Made by a program: the position numbers and the translations under genes. 64,000 nucleotides of DNA from Octopus sinensis (taxonomy: Eukaryota), in assembly GCF_006345805.1 (NCBI RefSeq), contig NC_043016.1, forward strand, positions 31,496,001-31,560,000, given 5' to 3'. How positions within the stretch are numbered: position 1 is the first letter of the stretch; each line of letters starts with the position of its first letter. Under the pieces are notes generated by a model that was not told the DNA's origin, searched no databases, and saw nothing but the letters and a program-made list of their open reading frames with translations. Of the stretch, positions 52,199-64,000 are shown piece by piece.

Positions 52199-52843
52199 TT
52201 AACCCTTTGCTCTATCAATTGTAATGCTTATTTATTCATATTGTTTTGAAATAATCATGTATTATCGCATAACTTTGAGATTTTGATGATGTGTTGTATA
52301 TTTTTAATATGACATTCTAGAGCAGATGTGAGAGGCCAGATCTGGTTAGTTTGAGCATAAAACATGTAGAATATGTGGGCTGGATATGGCTGGTTTAAAT
52401 GCTAAAATGTTAAATCAGCCATATCAGACCCAAATATTCTACATGTTTTATGCTCAAACTAACCAGATCTGGCCTCTCACATCTACCATGTAATATTCTA
52501 AAAATATATTATCACATGATTGAAATCTAGAAGCAGTGAGATAATGCATTATTAATTCTGACCAATTTGAATAAAGAAGCGTTATGCTTGACTGAATAAA
52601 CTGATTGTTAAATGGTTAACACTTTAGCATTTAAACTGGCCATATCTGGCTAAAATATTCTACCCATTTTATGTTCAAACTGGCCAGATCCAGCTTCTTG
52701 CACTTACCTTTCAATGTCATTCTAAAAATAAACGATCACATCGTTGAAATTTCAAAACTACTAGATAATGCACAATTAATTTAAAACAACATGAATAAAT
52801 AATTATTACATTTGACAGAGTAATGTGAATGCTAAAGGGTTAA
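52199..52843. mobile_element. Three adjoining piggyBac-type MITE copies (52199-52413, 52413-52619, 52616-52843), the first two inverted
   Basis: TTAA-CCCTTT...AAAGGG-TTAA ends. Partial copies at about 41015, 42360, 49472 and 61028-61467. Confidence 0.75.
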
Positions 52844-53199
52844 TCTTACAAAAACTGTTTTGGTAAAGTTAGAATTTTGCTTGTTAGTTCTGTACTACAA
52901 AGAAAAAAAACAGTGTAGTAAAATTTAACTTTTAAGTAAGTAAGTATATTGGTTCATGTTTGTTAGCATCTGTAACGAAACTAGTTTGAACTGTTCTAGA
53001 AAACTGGTGAACCAACTGCTGAAGATGATTCACCTGCTTTACTTGGTACTGATAGAAAATGCATGCAGTTTTTGTTTGTGCCAAAATTCCTGATTTTTGT
53101 TTACGTGCATAAAATCAGTATGTTTGTACTGACACACTTGTGTCTAATTATGTACTTGTTTGCACAAAGCAACATTAAGGAGTTCATCTTGAGATTTTG

Positions 53200-56100
53200 A
53201 AAAGTATATTTTTCAATAGCACAACTAATGAATTTATTTAATACTGTTGAGGTGCTGATAAGGTGAATTATAAATGCTATTTGGAATTTCAAAGAATTTA
53301 TTTATGATCTTTTAAAAGAGTGGTTTCGTGATTGAAATAAAAACTGAGATTTCAGACACTTTGAGGATTTTACAGAATTTAATATGGATTTGGTTAGTTG
53401 CAACAACCTTTAATTCTCTGTTGGAACACTTTTTCTTATTTAAATTACAATGGCTTCTTTTAAGATCTTTCTCAATTCTTCCTAAACCACCATTACTCCT
53501 TCTCAAAAGCTTATACAAAGGACTTTTTAATAACACTCCTGTTCTGAAGCTTTTAGTTTTTATGTTATTGGCTTGTTGCTTTGATTTGATGTCTCTGGTT
53601 GTATTAATGTTAGCTTAGTTTGGTAATTAAGTATCTACCATAACACAAATTTACTAGTGGGACATTGTTGTTGATTGAGTGGAATGATTAGAATTTTGAC
53701 TTGGATGCTTTGTTTAATGCTCGTCAGAAATGCTATAAGTAATGAAAGCTATAGTGTCATTTACATGGGTATGTATTTCTCCAGAAATTTTCTGTTATGT
53801 GGAGGCATAGTGGCTGAGTTCCTGTTGAGTATTGTGCCTGATGGAGGCAAAGTGGCTGAGGTCCTTTCGAGCATTGGGCCTGATGGAGGCAAAGTGGCTG
53901 AGAACCTTTCAAGCATTGTGCCTGATGGAGGCAAAGTGGCTGAGGTCCTTTCGAGCATTGGGCTTCATGGAGGTAAGGTGGCTGGTTCCTTTCGAGCAGG
54001 CCTCACAGAGGTAAAGTGGCTGAGTTCCTTCTGAGTGTTGGGCCTCACGGAGGCAATGGTCAAGGCCTTTGGCATCATGTCGTGCTTGAGAAGACCCATC
54101 AAGCCAAGCAAAATCACAGTCGTGGCAGATACCAGTGTCATGCAAATGGCACCTGTGTCATTACACTCTTGGAGTGGTTGGCATTAGGAAAGGCGTCCAG
54201 CCGTAGAAAACCATGCCAAATCAGACTTGATGCCTTCCAGCATGCCAGCCTAGTCAAACCATCCAACTCATGCTAGCATGGACAACAGACGTTAAATGAT
54301 GATAATGATAGTAATTCTATCTGAACCATTTACTTCAGTTGCTCATTAATTGTATGACTGTACTTGGATTTTCTGATCTGTTTTGTCTCAGTTCAGAGGA
54401 TAAGGGGATAAAACCTTATCCTCTCAGTTCAGAGGATAAGGTTTTGAAGTCATAGATTATTATTTGTATCATGTTGTTGAAGCTTTTTTTTTTTAGTATG
54501 CTCTGCATCTTTATATGTTAGTTATTGAGAGCCTCCTCACAGGCATTTAGAGTTTCTTGCCAAGTTTTATGCAAATGTTATTTACCTGATGATATTAGAA
54601 TGAAATATTGTGTTGGTCTGCCAAAAGTATACATTGTTGGTAAGGGTTTCACCACTTCTCCTATGCAGAGCTTCACTATTCCTCCAGTGTACTTCAATAC
54701 TGAAGCTGAAATAAATCAATTTTGTTATGTCTGTTCCATATTGTGTTATTTGTGATCAAGTATGTCGACATTTGTTTCAGTTTGATAGTTGCTGTGATGA
54801 AAGGCTTCTGATAAGTTGATGATATATGCTTCATTTCTTAAATCTAACCTGAATGCTAAAAGTAACAAATGTATTTATAAGACATCCTGCACCCTCTCTC
54901 TCCCCTCTCTCTCTTCTCTCCCTCTCAATATTAGGTCAATTTCTGCTGAGGTCAACTTCTGTTGCTGTTGTCATCAATATGCTACAAAAGCGTATGGTAC
55001 ATGATGACTGCAACTTTATTCTACAGATATGTCAAATGTAGTTGAGGAAAACACTGCAGTGGCCATGATGCATCTTTCAGTGTCAGCCAGGATTGCTTGT
55101 AATCTTATTCTTGTTAGTATTAATAAAGGTGGACAACAAAGTGGGAAACAATATTTACCAAATTATTAGTCAATATTAGTTTAGTTTTTTTTCCGTTTCT
55201 ACCCAGCATCTAATGGCATGATTCATAACGGATGGGATAAAGATTATCCAGAATTAATATCTTAATGATTTTCTTTAATCCTTTTGATACGAAACAGTTT
55301 CAATTCTTTTGAAGTAGCTAGAATCCAATACCTTTTTTACTTTAACTTTTTGACCAATTAGTGGCCAAGCAAGCTGATTTTTTTTTTTTTTTTTTTTTTG
55401 GGTTGCTGCCATTGATTCTCAGGCCATCTTCAGTAATATTCACAATAGCAGTTTTTGTTTATTTGAACAAAGTACTGTAAATGCTGTGCCATTTAAATGT
55501 TCCTGGTTTTAGCAATTAGCAGAATAGTGACATTCTATGAGTCATACTGAATGTACAGAATATATGATCAATGAAGCTAAACCATAAGCATGTATCTGTT
55601 ATGAGCAAATACGTCTTAAGATAAGTTAATGTTGTGTTTCATAATGGCTGATAACTATTTATTGTAAATTCCATGTCTTCACTTCATAAATTTCTCAGAA
55701 TTCAGCATTATCCCATGTCTGTCACAAATGTCAAGCTACTAAACAACTAAAATGAATGGCTCTTGTAGAATGATCTAATCAAGCAACACCTCATCATGAC
55801 ATTTAGCTTTGAAATCTTTTAAACAATTTCATATTTTGAAGTAATGTATACCTGAGGTGAAGCTTTTTAAGGATAGTGACCCACTGGAGTTATAAATATC
55901 ATAAAATGACAGTATTTAAGCATATGAGGGAGTTTGTGATCTCTTTTCTAAATATCATAGAGTTTTCTTTTTGCTATAGGATACGAATTTTGCTTATACA
56001 TTTTATGTTTGAAACTCAACTGTTTTGCAATGTTTTTCCTTCTTTCTGTCACATGTTACTGTACAGTGACACCATTTAAGTATTTCTCAATTTGGATGGG

Positions 56101-56900
56101 TTACGAAAGAAGTAGGGCATCTTGATCAAAGGTTTTCCGAAATTCTTACTGTTATTGCAAAGGATCAGTATTTCAGCATTGTAATGTACCATGAACTTTG
56201 TTGGTAGGTCTCCCACGAAGAGGAGAGACTGTTCATATGAGATTACAGTGTATGATGTATTTATCGCATTTTGAATCTGTTTGATTTTGTTGACCTAGTA
56301 AGGCAAGCTTGTTAGAATCTGTGCAAGATGCTGGTGTTAAGGGTTATTTCAAGATCTGATGCATGCATTGTTTAAGGCTGTTGTAATATCTTGGAAAATC
56401 TTTTAAATATTTCTAAGGTAACTCAAGCTTCTTTTTTGATGAAGAGTTTATCATTATTGTTACTTTCAGCCCAAATGTCTCATGGTAAAGAGTGATAAAT
56501 AGTATAATTTCTGACAATAATAGCAAAAGTGCTGATGCCTAGTTCATCAATGTTAAGGTTGTTGGCAAAACTCTTGAGGAGCATGATGAGAACTTGGTTC
56601 ATTTTATTTCAGTTCCTAAGAGACTCAACATGGAACGACAAATGCCTTTGTTGTGTAATGCCCAAGAGAAGTTAAAACCTTGCATACTTGGTCCTCTTCT
56701 GTTGCAAAAATCCTCATGCAATTGATGGTCCTGGTCCTTTACTCCTGTGAAAATCCACAGACACTTAAAACTTATAACAAATCTTGCAAATAACAGGGTA
56801 CCCTTTCACACATGTCCTATCAACTGTAGTAAGAAGAGATAAAAATGTTTGCTTTTTCAGCCATTCTATCCTCCTTCGTGTCTGATTTACCTTACACCCA
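53200..56900 (-). mobile_element. Heavily decayed Penelope-like element (boundaries approximate), interrupted at 53800-54312
   Basis: Residual broken-frame G.IMAT..FS, L*HIDD and NLAR..L motifs only. Confidence 0.4.
53800..54312 (+). mobile_element. RTE 3' end whose 5' boundary is a 42-bp tandem array (about 6 units, 53802-54055)
   Basis: Unit GGAGGCAAAGTGGCTGAGGTCCTTTCGAGCATTGGGCCTGAT; ends GACGTTAAATGATGATAATGAT. Confidence 0.7.
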
Positions 56901-57825
56901 CTCCCACCTGATCTTAAATAAAAGATTGTTTTTACTTAACAACAGTGCTAACAGAACTCATTCTTCTTTACAGTTTGTTTTCATGGCATGACTAACAAGG
57001 TGAAACCTCTTTTGTGGTTATTACAGGATTTCAGTTGATCCATCCCCCTTTGTCTTTCATTTTTTGCATTGTTATCCAACAAACTATGTATATGTCTAGG
57101 TTGCGTTGAGGAACTCTCTCTACCTGCACATTGAGGTCCCCACATTAATTCCCTTTGCCCATTGCATTGTACAACAATCACTAAGTGACTTAACTGTACC
57201 TTTCCCCAATTTGGACATATGTGGGCACCCACTCTTCTTCATAGGATGCTGGTACAGCTTGTGAATGCCTGCTTTATATGTGAATGCCTTTTCATCATCA
57301 TCATCATTACTTAATGTCCACTGTCTATGCTGGCATGGATTGAATGGTTTGGCCAGAGCAGCAAGCTGGGAAGCTGCACCAGGGTCCAGTCTGATTTGGC
57401 ATGGTTTCTACAGCTGGATGCCCTTCTGCTGCAGATTTCTGTTCTCCACACCTGAGCCACATATACCAGAGACCACATTGAGCAGCAAGATGTACCCCAC
57501 CTTTCAACGATGGTTTTAATTGATCTGTAGTGCCTTTCCACAAGACTATTTCTGCTTGGCCCATAAACAGGTCTGAAATAACTTTTGACATGCTTCTTAT
57601 TCTGTATTTCCTTCTGTACTTCTGATCTAAATAGAGTTCTTTTGACCACCAACACTTTGTCTGATGCACCTTTCTCTACAAAAACACTTCATTCAACACT
57701 GCTGTGATTCAGGTCCCTGTTTCACTGATCTGATTCACCTCCATATAGTTAGTTATCTGTCCATGTTGCAATCAACCACTGTTAAGTACAGACCTTTTCA
57801 ATAATACATATCAATTTTTTATTTT

Positions 57826-58116
57826 ACTTGTTTGTCATTTGACTGCAGCCATGCTGGAGTGCCGCCTTGAAGGGTTTTAATTGAACAAGTTGACCACAGA
57901 CTTTTTTTTTTAAAGCCTTGTAATTATTCGGTTGGTGTCTTTTGCCAAACTACTAAGTTATGATGGGCTTCTTTCAGTTTCAGCCTACCAAATCCACTCA
58001 CAGTGCTTTGAAAGGTCCTGGGCTATAGCAGAAGACACTTGCCCAAGGTGCCACGCATTGGGACTGAATCTGGGACCATGTGATTGGGAAGCAAGCTTCT
58101 TACCACACAGCCATGC
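57826..58116 (-). mobile_element. SINE family A, diverged, nested in the Gypsy relic (other partial copies about 27626-27765, 49615-49845, 51965-52092)
   Basis: Colinear with the family A consensus. Confidence 0.75.
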
Positions 58117-58406
58117 CTTTTTCTGTTATTTCTGACCTGAATTTCTCTCTTCACATTTGGTGTAACAATGATTAACACCTGTTGTACTCTAATCATTTTA
58201 TTAATGGCCTTCTTAATGGAATAGGGTTCATCTTCCTGACCAGGAATAGGGACTCTATCTATTCTCATTTGATGAATACCATGCAATTCCACCAGATAAT
58301 TTCCCCTACACAGCACATGGCTGTGACCTCATTCTTGGAATCCACTGGCATCTTTAGCCAGGACTTCTTCACCCCTGTGAGTACTTCTGCCCTATTGTCA
58401 CTATGT

Positions 58407-58506
58407 TGACCATTCTCTTATTTACCTAGTTGGCTCAACCGGTTCCATTTTGACCATTCTCTTATGTACCTAGTTGGCTCAACCGGCTCCATTTTGACCA
58501 TTCTCT
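58407..58506 (+). repeat. 44-bp tandem repeat, about 2.3 copies
   Basis: TTGACCATTCTCTTAT.TACCTAGTTGGCTCAACCGG.TCCATT repeated. Confidence 0.8.
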
Positions 58507-61500
58507 TGATACAGCTTCATATGACACGAAGCCAACGAGTAATAGGATAATGCTCAACTAATCTCCTGCATACAGAAAACAACTCCTGCTTACTTAACTC
58601 ATTACTCACCTGCAGTTCCATTTTGTTCTTGTCCTAAGCCCCATTTCTACTTCTTTTTTAATGATTTGAATGGCCTTGCAGTCATTCCATAGTTTTTTAC
58701 CTCTTCCACAGTCATCTATTTCGTTTATCAGAATGCCTTCAGTGTAGGAACTTGTATTTTTTCTTATCCTTTTCACCTTTCTCTTTCATTTATCTTGAGG
58801 ATGACTGCCCTTATCTTTGGTGCAAAGCTCAGCCCAAACTCCACTCTAATCAGATGATGTGTTCTATTTTTGTAGTTTACCAGTTGGCACTTCCACAGTT
58901 TTTTGGCCACATGGAGCTGTAGATAAGCTAACTTTAGGTCAACAATCATAGCTGCTTTTGTCATCTGTCTCCATGCTCACATGTCTTCCCCAAATGTCTG
59001 TTGTATTACCATTTGTATGACATATTATAGATGATTTAACTTCTTAAAGGCCAACCCTGATCTGATAGTTTTTCATTGGCTGAGCTTCCTTCCTCAAAGG
59101 TAGCAAGGCTGTTTTCACTTTTTCTCTCCATCATACAGTAATGTCCAATTCTTATCCATCTTTCTACTTCTTTTACAAATTCAGTATTTACTCCTCTATT
59201 CAATGTACTATCATAGCTACCCACTGTTCTCCCTCTCACAAATATTGTTTGGTCCATCTTTCACCCTCTTGATTTCATTAACAGACATTTATCAGCTCAT
59301 AAGTCCACCTCACCTTACTTGCTTTCTGTAGGCTGTAAATGCTCCTGTAAATGTCTCCTTTAATCTTGCTTCAATTGTTTTCACCACTCAATTGATCTCT
59401 GTCACCCGCTTCTAAAATAATGCATCCCATTATAAATAAAACAGTATAAAACTAGTGAGATCAGAAAAATGTTGAAGCACCACCTCTAGTTTCACCTTCT
59501 TAAACCACACCACCTCACCACTAAACAACCCGACTATGTCACTTCTTAATCTGACCTTTTCTGCTGTCCTGTATTTTTTTGTCAAAATAACTCGTAGTTA
59601 GAGAAATAAAAACTTGTTTTTGTTTCTATTACTACTCTTAACCTTTGCCTTCTCTTACAGAATCATCATTCAGTTGACTTATAATCCTCTGTTGTTGCAA
59701 AAACCCACACATACTTAAGCATATAGTAAGTCTTTGTAATACAGGAAAACCCTCTTGTGTATTGTCAACTAGATTATTCTCACAGTAGACAATGAGAATG
59801 TGGATGATTAAAATCCAATGTTTCTCATTCACTACCCTTGTTGCCTTTCTAAGTGATTGTACATCTATTTTTACCATCTTCTGGAATCATAGATTTCTTT
59901 TTTTATTCTGTTTGCCTTTGTATTATCCTAGAGCGACTTGATAATAGCACCATGTTGGATGAGTCATTTTTTTTTTTTTTTGAAGATGCCTAAAAAACAA
60001 AACAAAAAAACTTGCAATGAAAGCATTGCATTCTTTGAATTGAACCTTGATTCTACCATGCCAAACCTATCAATTTTATACAACCATTCAAGTGTTGATT
60101 CAAATATCCTCAGCAGTTACCTATCTAATTCCTCGTTTGTGATTAAAGATGAATTTTCTTTGTAGTTGCATGTCAGATTTGAGAGCTGCTTCAGAAATTA
60201 TCTGTCTTTAAATTATCATCATCATGTTTAGTACATCAGCTTCAATCAGCCTAAGGATCCCAGTTTATATCTCTACATTTGTACTTTTCTTTCTTTCTTT
60301 CTTTTCTTATGAACAATGTTGTCTCTCTTAAGAACAATTCTGTCTTCTTTCTGGAGACAATCAAGTAAAATACCTGAATGGAATTTTTATGGAGAACAAG
60401 CAATTGCCTTTCTTTCAAATAAGCCACTAGAAAAATGGCCATGTTAAGAGAATTGCTCCATGCAGTAGGTACTTTCTTCATGAAAGACTATTTAACTTTC
60501 AGGACTCTCTGGACAGTTTCAAAAGTTTAATTCTGACAATAAATATGTAAATATGAACCATAGTTAAACTGTTTTACCTGACTCCCCACTTAGTTGGTAA
60601 CAAAATACTCAATTGAATTCACACTGTTTCATACTGGTTTACCAGTATGTGGTGGCTGTATCTTCAAGTTGCCACATGCATTCTTAGCTTGGAGTGGGCT
60701 TGAATTAGAGATTGTTCTTTGTGGCTAATAGCGTAAGTGGTTAATGCAATATTGATTTGTTGATGAATATGGCCCAGCAAACTTTGGGTATACTGACAAC
60801 TACTCTGATGACGATTACTCAACAGTCTGACGTGGCAATCTGGTTATTGAATTTTCTTGTTGCTCATCAACAATGTGGAAAGTAATAGAGATCCATACCT
60901 TAGAATACTACTGAATGCTATGAAATTATTATTGTTGCTTCCAATCCAAGTGCCTTATGATATACATTGGATGAAGGTTAGCAACCAGCACTTTTGCAAT
61001 AAAAGTGGGTATGCTTAAACTTGTACTTTAACTCTTTCGCATTCAGATTATTCTGTCAAATGTAATCCTTATTTATTCACATTAATCATCATCCCCATTT
61101 AATGTCTATTTTCCGTACTGGCATGGGTTGGATGATGTGACCAGAACTGGCAAGCTGGTGGGGCTGCACCAGACTCCAGTTCGATTTGGCATGGTTTCTA
61201 CGGCTGGGTGCCCTTACTAATGCCTACCACTTTATGGAGTGTGCAAGGTGCTTTTATGTGACACTGCACAGGCACTTTTTGCTTGGCACCACACGGGCAC
61301 TTTTACGTCATGCATTATCTTGTAGTTTTGAAATTTCAATGACATGATTGCTTATTTTTGAAATGACATTGTAAGATAGGTGTGAGAGGCCAGATCAGGT
61401 TGGTTTGAACATAAAACAGGTAGAATATTTTGGCCATATATGGCTGGTTTAAATGCTAAAAGGTTAAATACTGAAGTTGATCATTTGTACCAAATAAAAT

Positions 61501-61545
61501 GACCTGAGTTTCAGCAATTGTTTCACAGTGGCAACAGCAGCAGAG

Positions 61546-61740
61546 TGGAGGCGCAATGGCCCAGTGGTTAGGGCAGCGGACTCGCGGTGATAAGAACATG
61601 GTTTTGATTCCCAGACTGGGCATTGTGAGTGTTTATTGAGCAAAAACACCTAAGCTCCACGAGGCTCTGGGGGTGGGGGTTGAACCCTGCTGTACTCTTT
61701 CACCACAACTTTCTCTCACTCTTTCTTCCTACTTCTGCCA
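61546..61740 (+). mobile_element. tRNA-derived SINE family B
   Basis: TGGCCCAGTGGTTAGGGCAGCGGACTC A-box and GGTTTTGATTCCC B-box. Confidence 0.75.
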
Positions 61741-62662
61741 CAAAGCAGAAGAACCATGGTGTAACCCACTATGGTATGGTAAACTTTCAGACCCTAGTCT
61801 AGATTGCGAATCCTCTGTACCCCAGGATGGTTCAGCTCTCCACCCGTTAAAATGCTACCGTTTATGGAATGAGAATACCAATGTAGCATTCGCGCCTGTG
61901 CAACCGCCAGTCTATCGCGTGTGGTGGGTGGATCTTCAAGTTGCCACACGCATTCTTAGTAGCTTAGAGTAGGCTCGAATTAGAGATTATTCTTTGTGGC
62001 TAATGGCGTGAGTCCTGATTGGAAGAAGAAGACAGCAGCAGTGGTGGCAGTTGTGGTAATGGTGGTGGGTGAATATCAAAGGTAGTAGAATCAATCTTTA
62101 CTTGTTTCCTGGAGTGGTGTTATTCATTTCACCCTTTCTGCTTTAGCAGTATTTGAAAGGGTTAGTACTGAGTGTGGTTATAAATACTGCCACAAAGCAA
62201 ACTTCTTAACTAGATATCTATATGTGCCTGTATGAATTTGTTAGGTTGATTCTCTGTTAAAAAGCATTCTGTCTTGCTGGCATTTACAATACGAATACAT
62301 TTATATAAACAGACAATAATATTTAATTCTATCTATTATTTTAATAGCAACATAGGTTGCTAATATAACTGGTGTACTTGTTAATTTTTATGAAAAGAAG
62401 CTTTATTGCAATCAATGGTTCACCTTAAACACTGACAGAAATGAAATTCATTGCATATATATCAAGTTGGCCTTTTCCAATAAATATCTATTTCAAAACC
62501 AGCAATCCTTTCGTTTTCACTTTCTCTTTACACTTTCACCAATTTCAATCATTGAATTGTGGCCACTGCTTCCTGAGGTGTAATTCATTATATCACCATC
62601 TGTGATTATTTTATTGATCTCTTTTGTTGAAGTATTACATTATGGGGTAAGAGAGACACAAA

Positions 62663-62699
<37 letters not shown>

Positions 62700-62844
62700 C
62701 CTACACAGTTTCTATCCATGAAATTCTATTCACCAGCCATTGATCAACTAGTTATGCTATTTTGGTGCATCAACAATTGAAGAAGTCAGTATTTACTCAG
62801 ACTTGTATTGTGGAGATACATATTTATTTTGACAAATTCCTGTA

Positions 62845-63385
62845 ATCATCATCGTCATCGTTTAATGTCCGCTTTCCATGCTGGCATGGGTTGGACGATT
62901 TGACTGATCTGGCAGAGTTCCTACTGCTGGATGCCCTTCCTAATGCCAACCACTCCTAGAGTGTAGTGGGTGCATTTACGTGCCACCGGCACAAGGGCCA
63001 GTTAGGTGGTACTGGCAACAGCCACGCTCAAATGGTGCTTTTTATGTTCCACCTGCACAGGAGCCAGTCCAGTGACATTGGCAACAACCTCGCTCGAATT
63101 TTTTTTTTTTACGTGCCACCAGCACAAGTGCTAGTAAGGCAATGCAGGTAACGATCATGCTCGAATAGTGTTTTTAACATGCCATCGGCACGGAGGCCAG
63201 CTTGTTACTCTGGCAACGATCTCACTCGTATGGTATTCTTAGCGCTCCACTAGCAACGTATGCCAGTCACCAAGTTTGATTTCGATTTTGATTTCACTTG
63301 CCTCAACAGGTCTTTGCAAGCAGAGTTTAGTGTCCAATGAAGGAAAGACACGCATAAGTGGACTGATTACACCCTTGGCATAAGC
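62845..63385 (-). mobile_element. RTE 3'-UTR copy with internal tandem TTTTACGTGCCACC..CAC units, ending about 70 bp upstream of LAMTOR1 exon 3
   Basis: Colinear with 20240-20760. Confidence 0.8.
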
Positions 63386-63456
63386 CACAATATGTTTGCT
63401 TATTACACACTCTAATTAGAAGTTGTTATAAACTTAACTTTTTTTCTCTCTTTCAG

Positions 63457-63537
63457 TTTTTTAACTGAATGTGGGGAGCATTCAGATAAAGTTGACGAGC
63501 AATCAAAACTAGGTAGGATACTCCAGACAACTGCAAG
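63457..63537 (+). CDS. LAMTOR1: LAMTOR1 coding exon 3: (S)FLTECGEHSDKVDEQSKLGRILQTTA(R)
   Basis: Strong TTTTTCTCTCTTTCAG acceptor, phase 2 at both ends, AG|GTAACT donor. DEQSKLGRILQTTA aligns to human DEQALLSSILAKTA. Confidence 0.92.
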
Positions 63538-63696
63538 GTAACTATTTCATTTTTCAGTCTTTCTCGGTGAATTTCTTTCACCATGTAACAAGTTGCTGAA
63601 TAATTAAAAGGAAATCTTAAGAAATTTTGAAGAATTTATGAATTTGAAACAATTTGATATCATTATTGTTCTATTTAACCTGTTCTTCTTCTCCAG

Positions 63697-63774
63697 GAAC
63701 ATCATTGACGTTGCTGCTATGGAACCACAAAGCATGGAACACAATGAATATCATGACAAAGCTAAATTGTACAG
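63697..63774 (+). CDS. LAMTOR1: LAMTOR1 coding exon 4: (R)NIIDVAAMEPQSMEHNEYHDKAKLY; gene continues beyond the window
   Basis: CTTCTTCTCCAG acceptor and AG|GTATGT donor. Aligns to human [27 protein letters not shown]. Confidence 0.93.
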
Positions 63775-64000
63775 GTATGTATGTTGAGGAATCTATTGTA
63801 TTCATGATATTTAGCTGGTTTGAGGATTATTATAAAAGATATTGTATGTATACAAAAGGCATTTAGCTTTTATGCAAAAGTTTCAAAACCAAAAAATAGC
63901 AATCTCTTAGTCTGAATCCTAATAGATTAACGACTTTGAAGGTTTGTATAAGTGTTTGATGCTTTACATATGTTTGTATGTTATCGCTATCATCAGCTTT

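Larger units (their letters stand above)
57480..59420 (-). mobile_element. Gypsy-type LTR retrotransposon pol relic (RT plus integrase)
   Basis: EFVKEVERWI, IVDLKLAYLQLHVAKKLWK.QLVNYK...L.R..FGLS.APKI and FRP.Y.PS.NSLVERHYRSIK motifs, with frameshifts. Confidence 0.75.

Noticed and set aside
53802-58506. 42-bp and 44-bp tandem units as CRISPR-like arrays
   Set aside because: No unique spacers and no cas genes, in a eukaryotic context.
60640-62010. About 110-bp diverged direct duplication (60640-60750 and 61915-62010)
   Set aside because: Likely two fragments of one old element; no motif, ORF or termini recognised.

Overview
AT-rich, repeat-saturated eukaryotic genomic DNA. The SINE families look like those of octopod cephalopods (Octopus); this is recognition from memory, not a database search. 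One host gene is well supported: the first four coding exons of LAMTOR1 (Ragulator/p18) on the + strand (45572-63774, running off the window end), with a 16.7-kb second intron. I found no host exons in 1-45000, which is a mosaic of tRNA-derived SINEs, RTE, CR1, R4/Dong and Penelope-like retroelements, Tc1/mariner relics, piggyBac-, pogo- and Helitron-type non-autonomous elements, and long microsatellites. Most ORFs in the supplied track are microsatellite or antisense artefacts. The least expected signal is a set of at least five unrelated short repeat families carrying minimal type I hammerhead ribozyme cores (CUGANGA...GAAA...NUH with a palindromic stem III). Most sit in inverted-repeat structures inserted in (TA)n tracts, and one is a near-perfect 158-bp palindrome with two opposed hammerheads in LAMTOR1 intron 2. 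Every copy has at least one lesion, so activity is not claimed. Other oddities are a twin-priming-like 5' inversion in an RTE element, an RTE 3' end encoding three C2H2 fingers, a head-to-head CR1-tail palindrome and several long hairpins. All protein-family calls come from motif recognition by eye.
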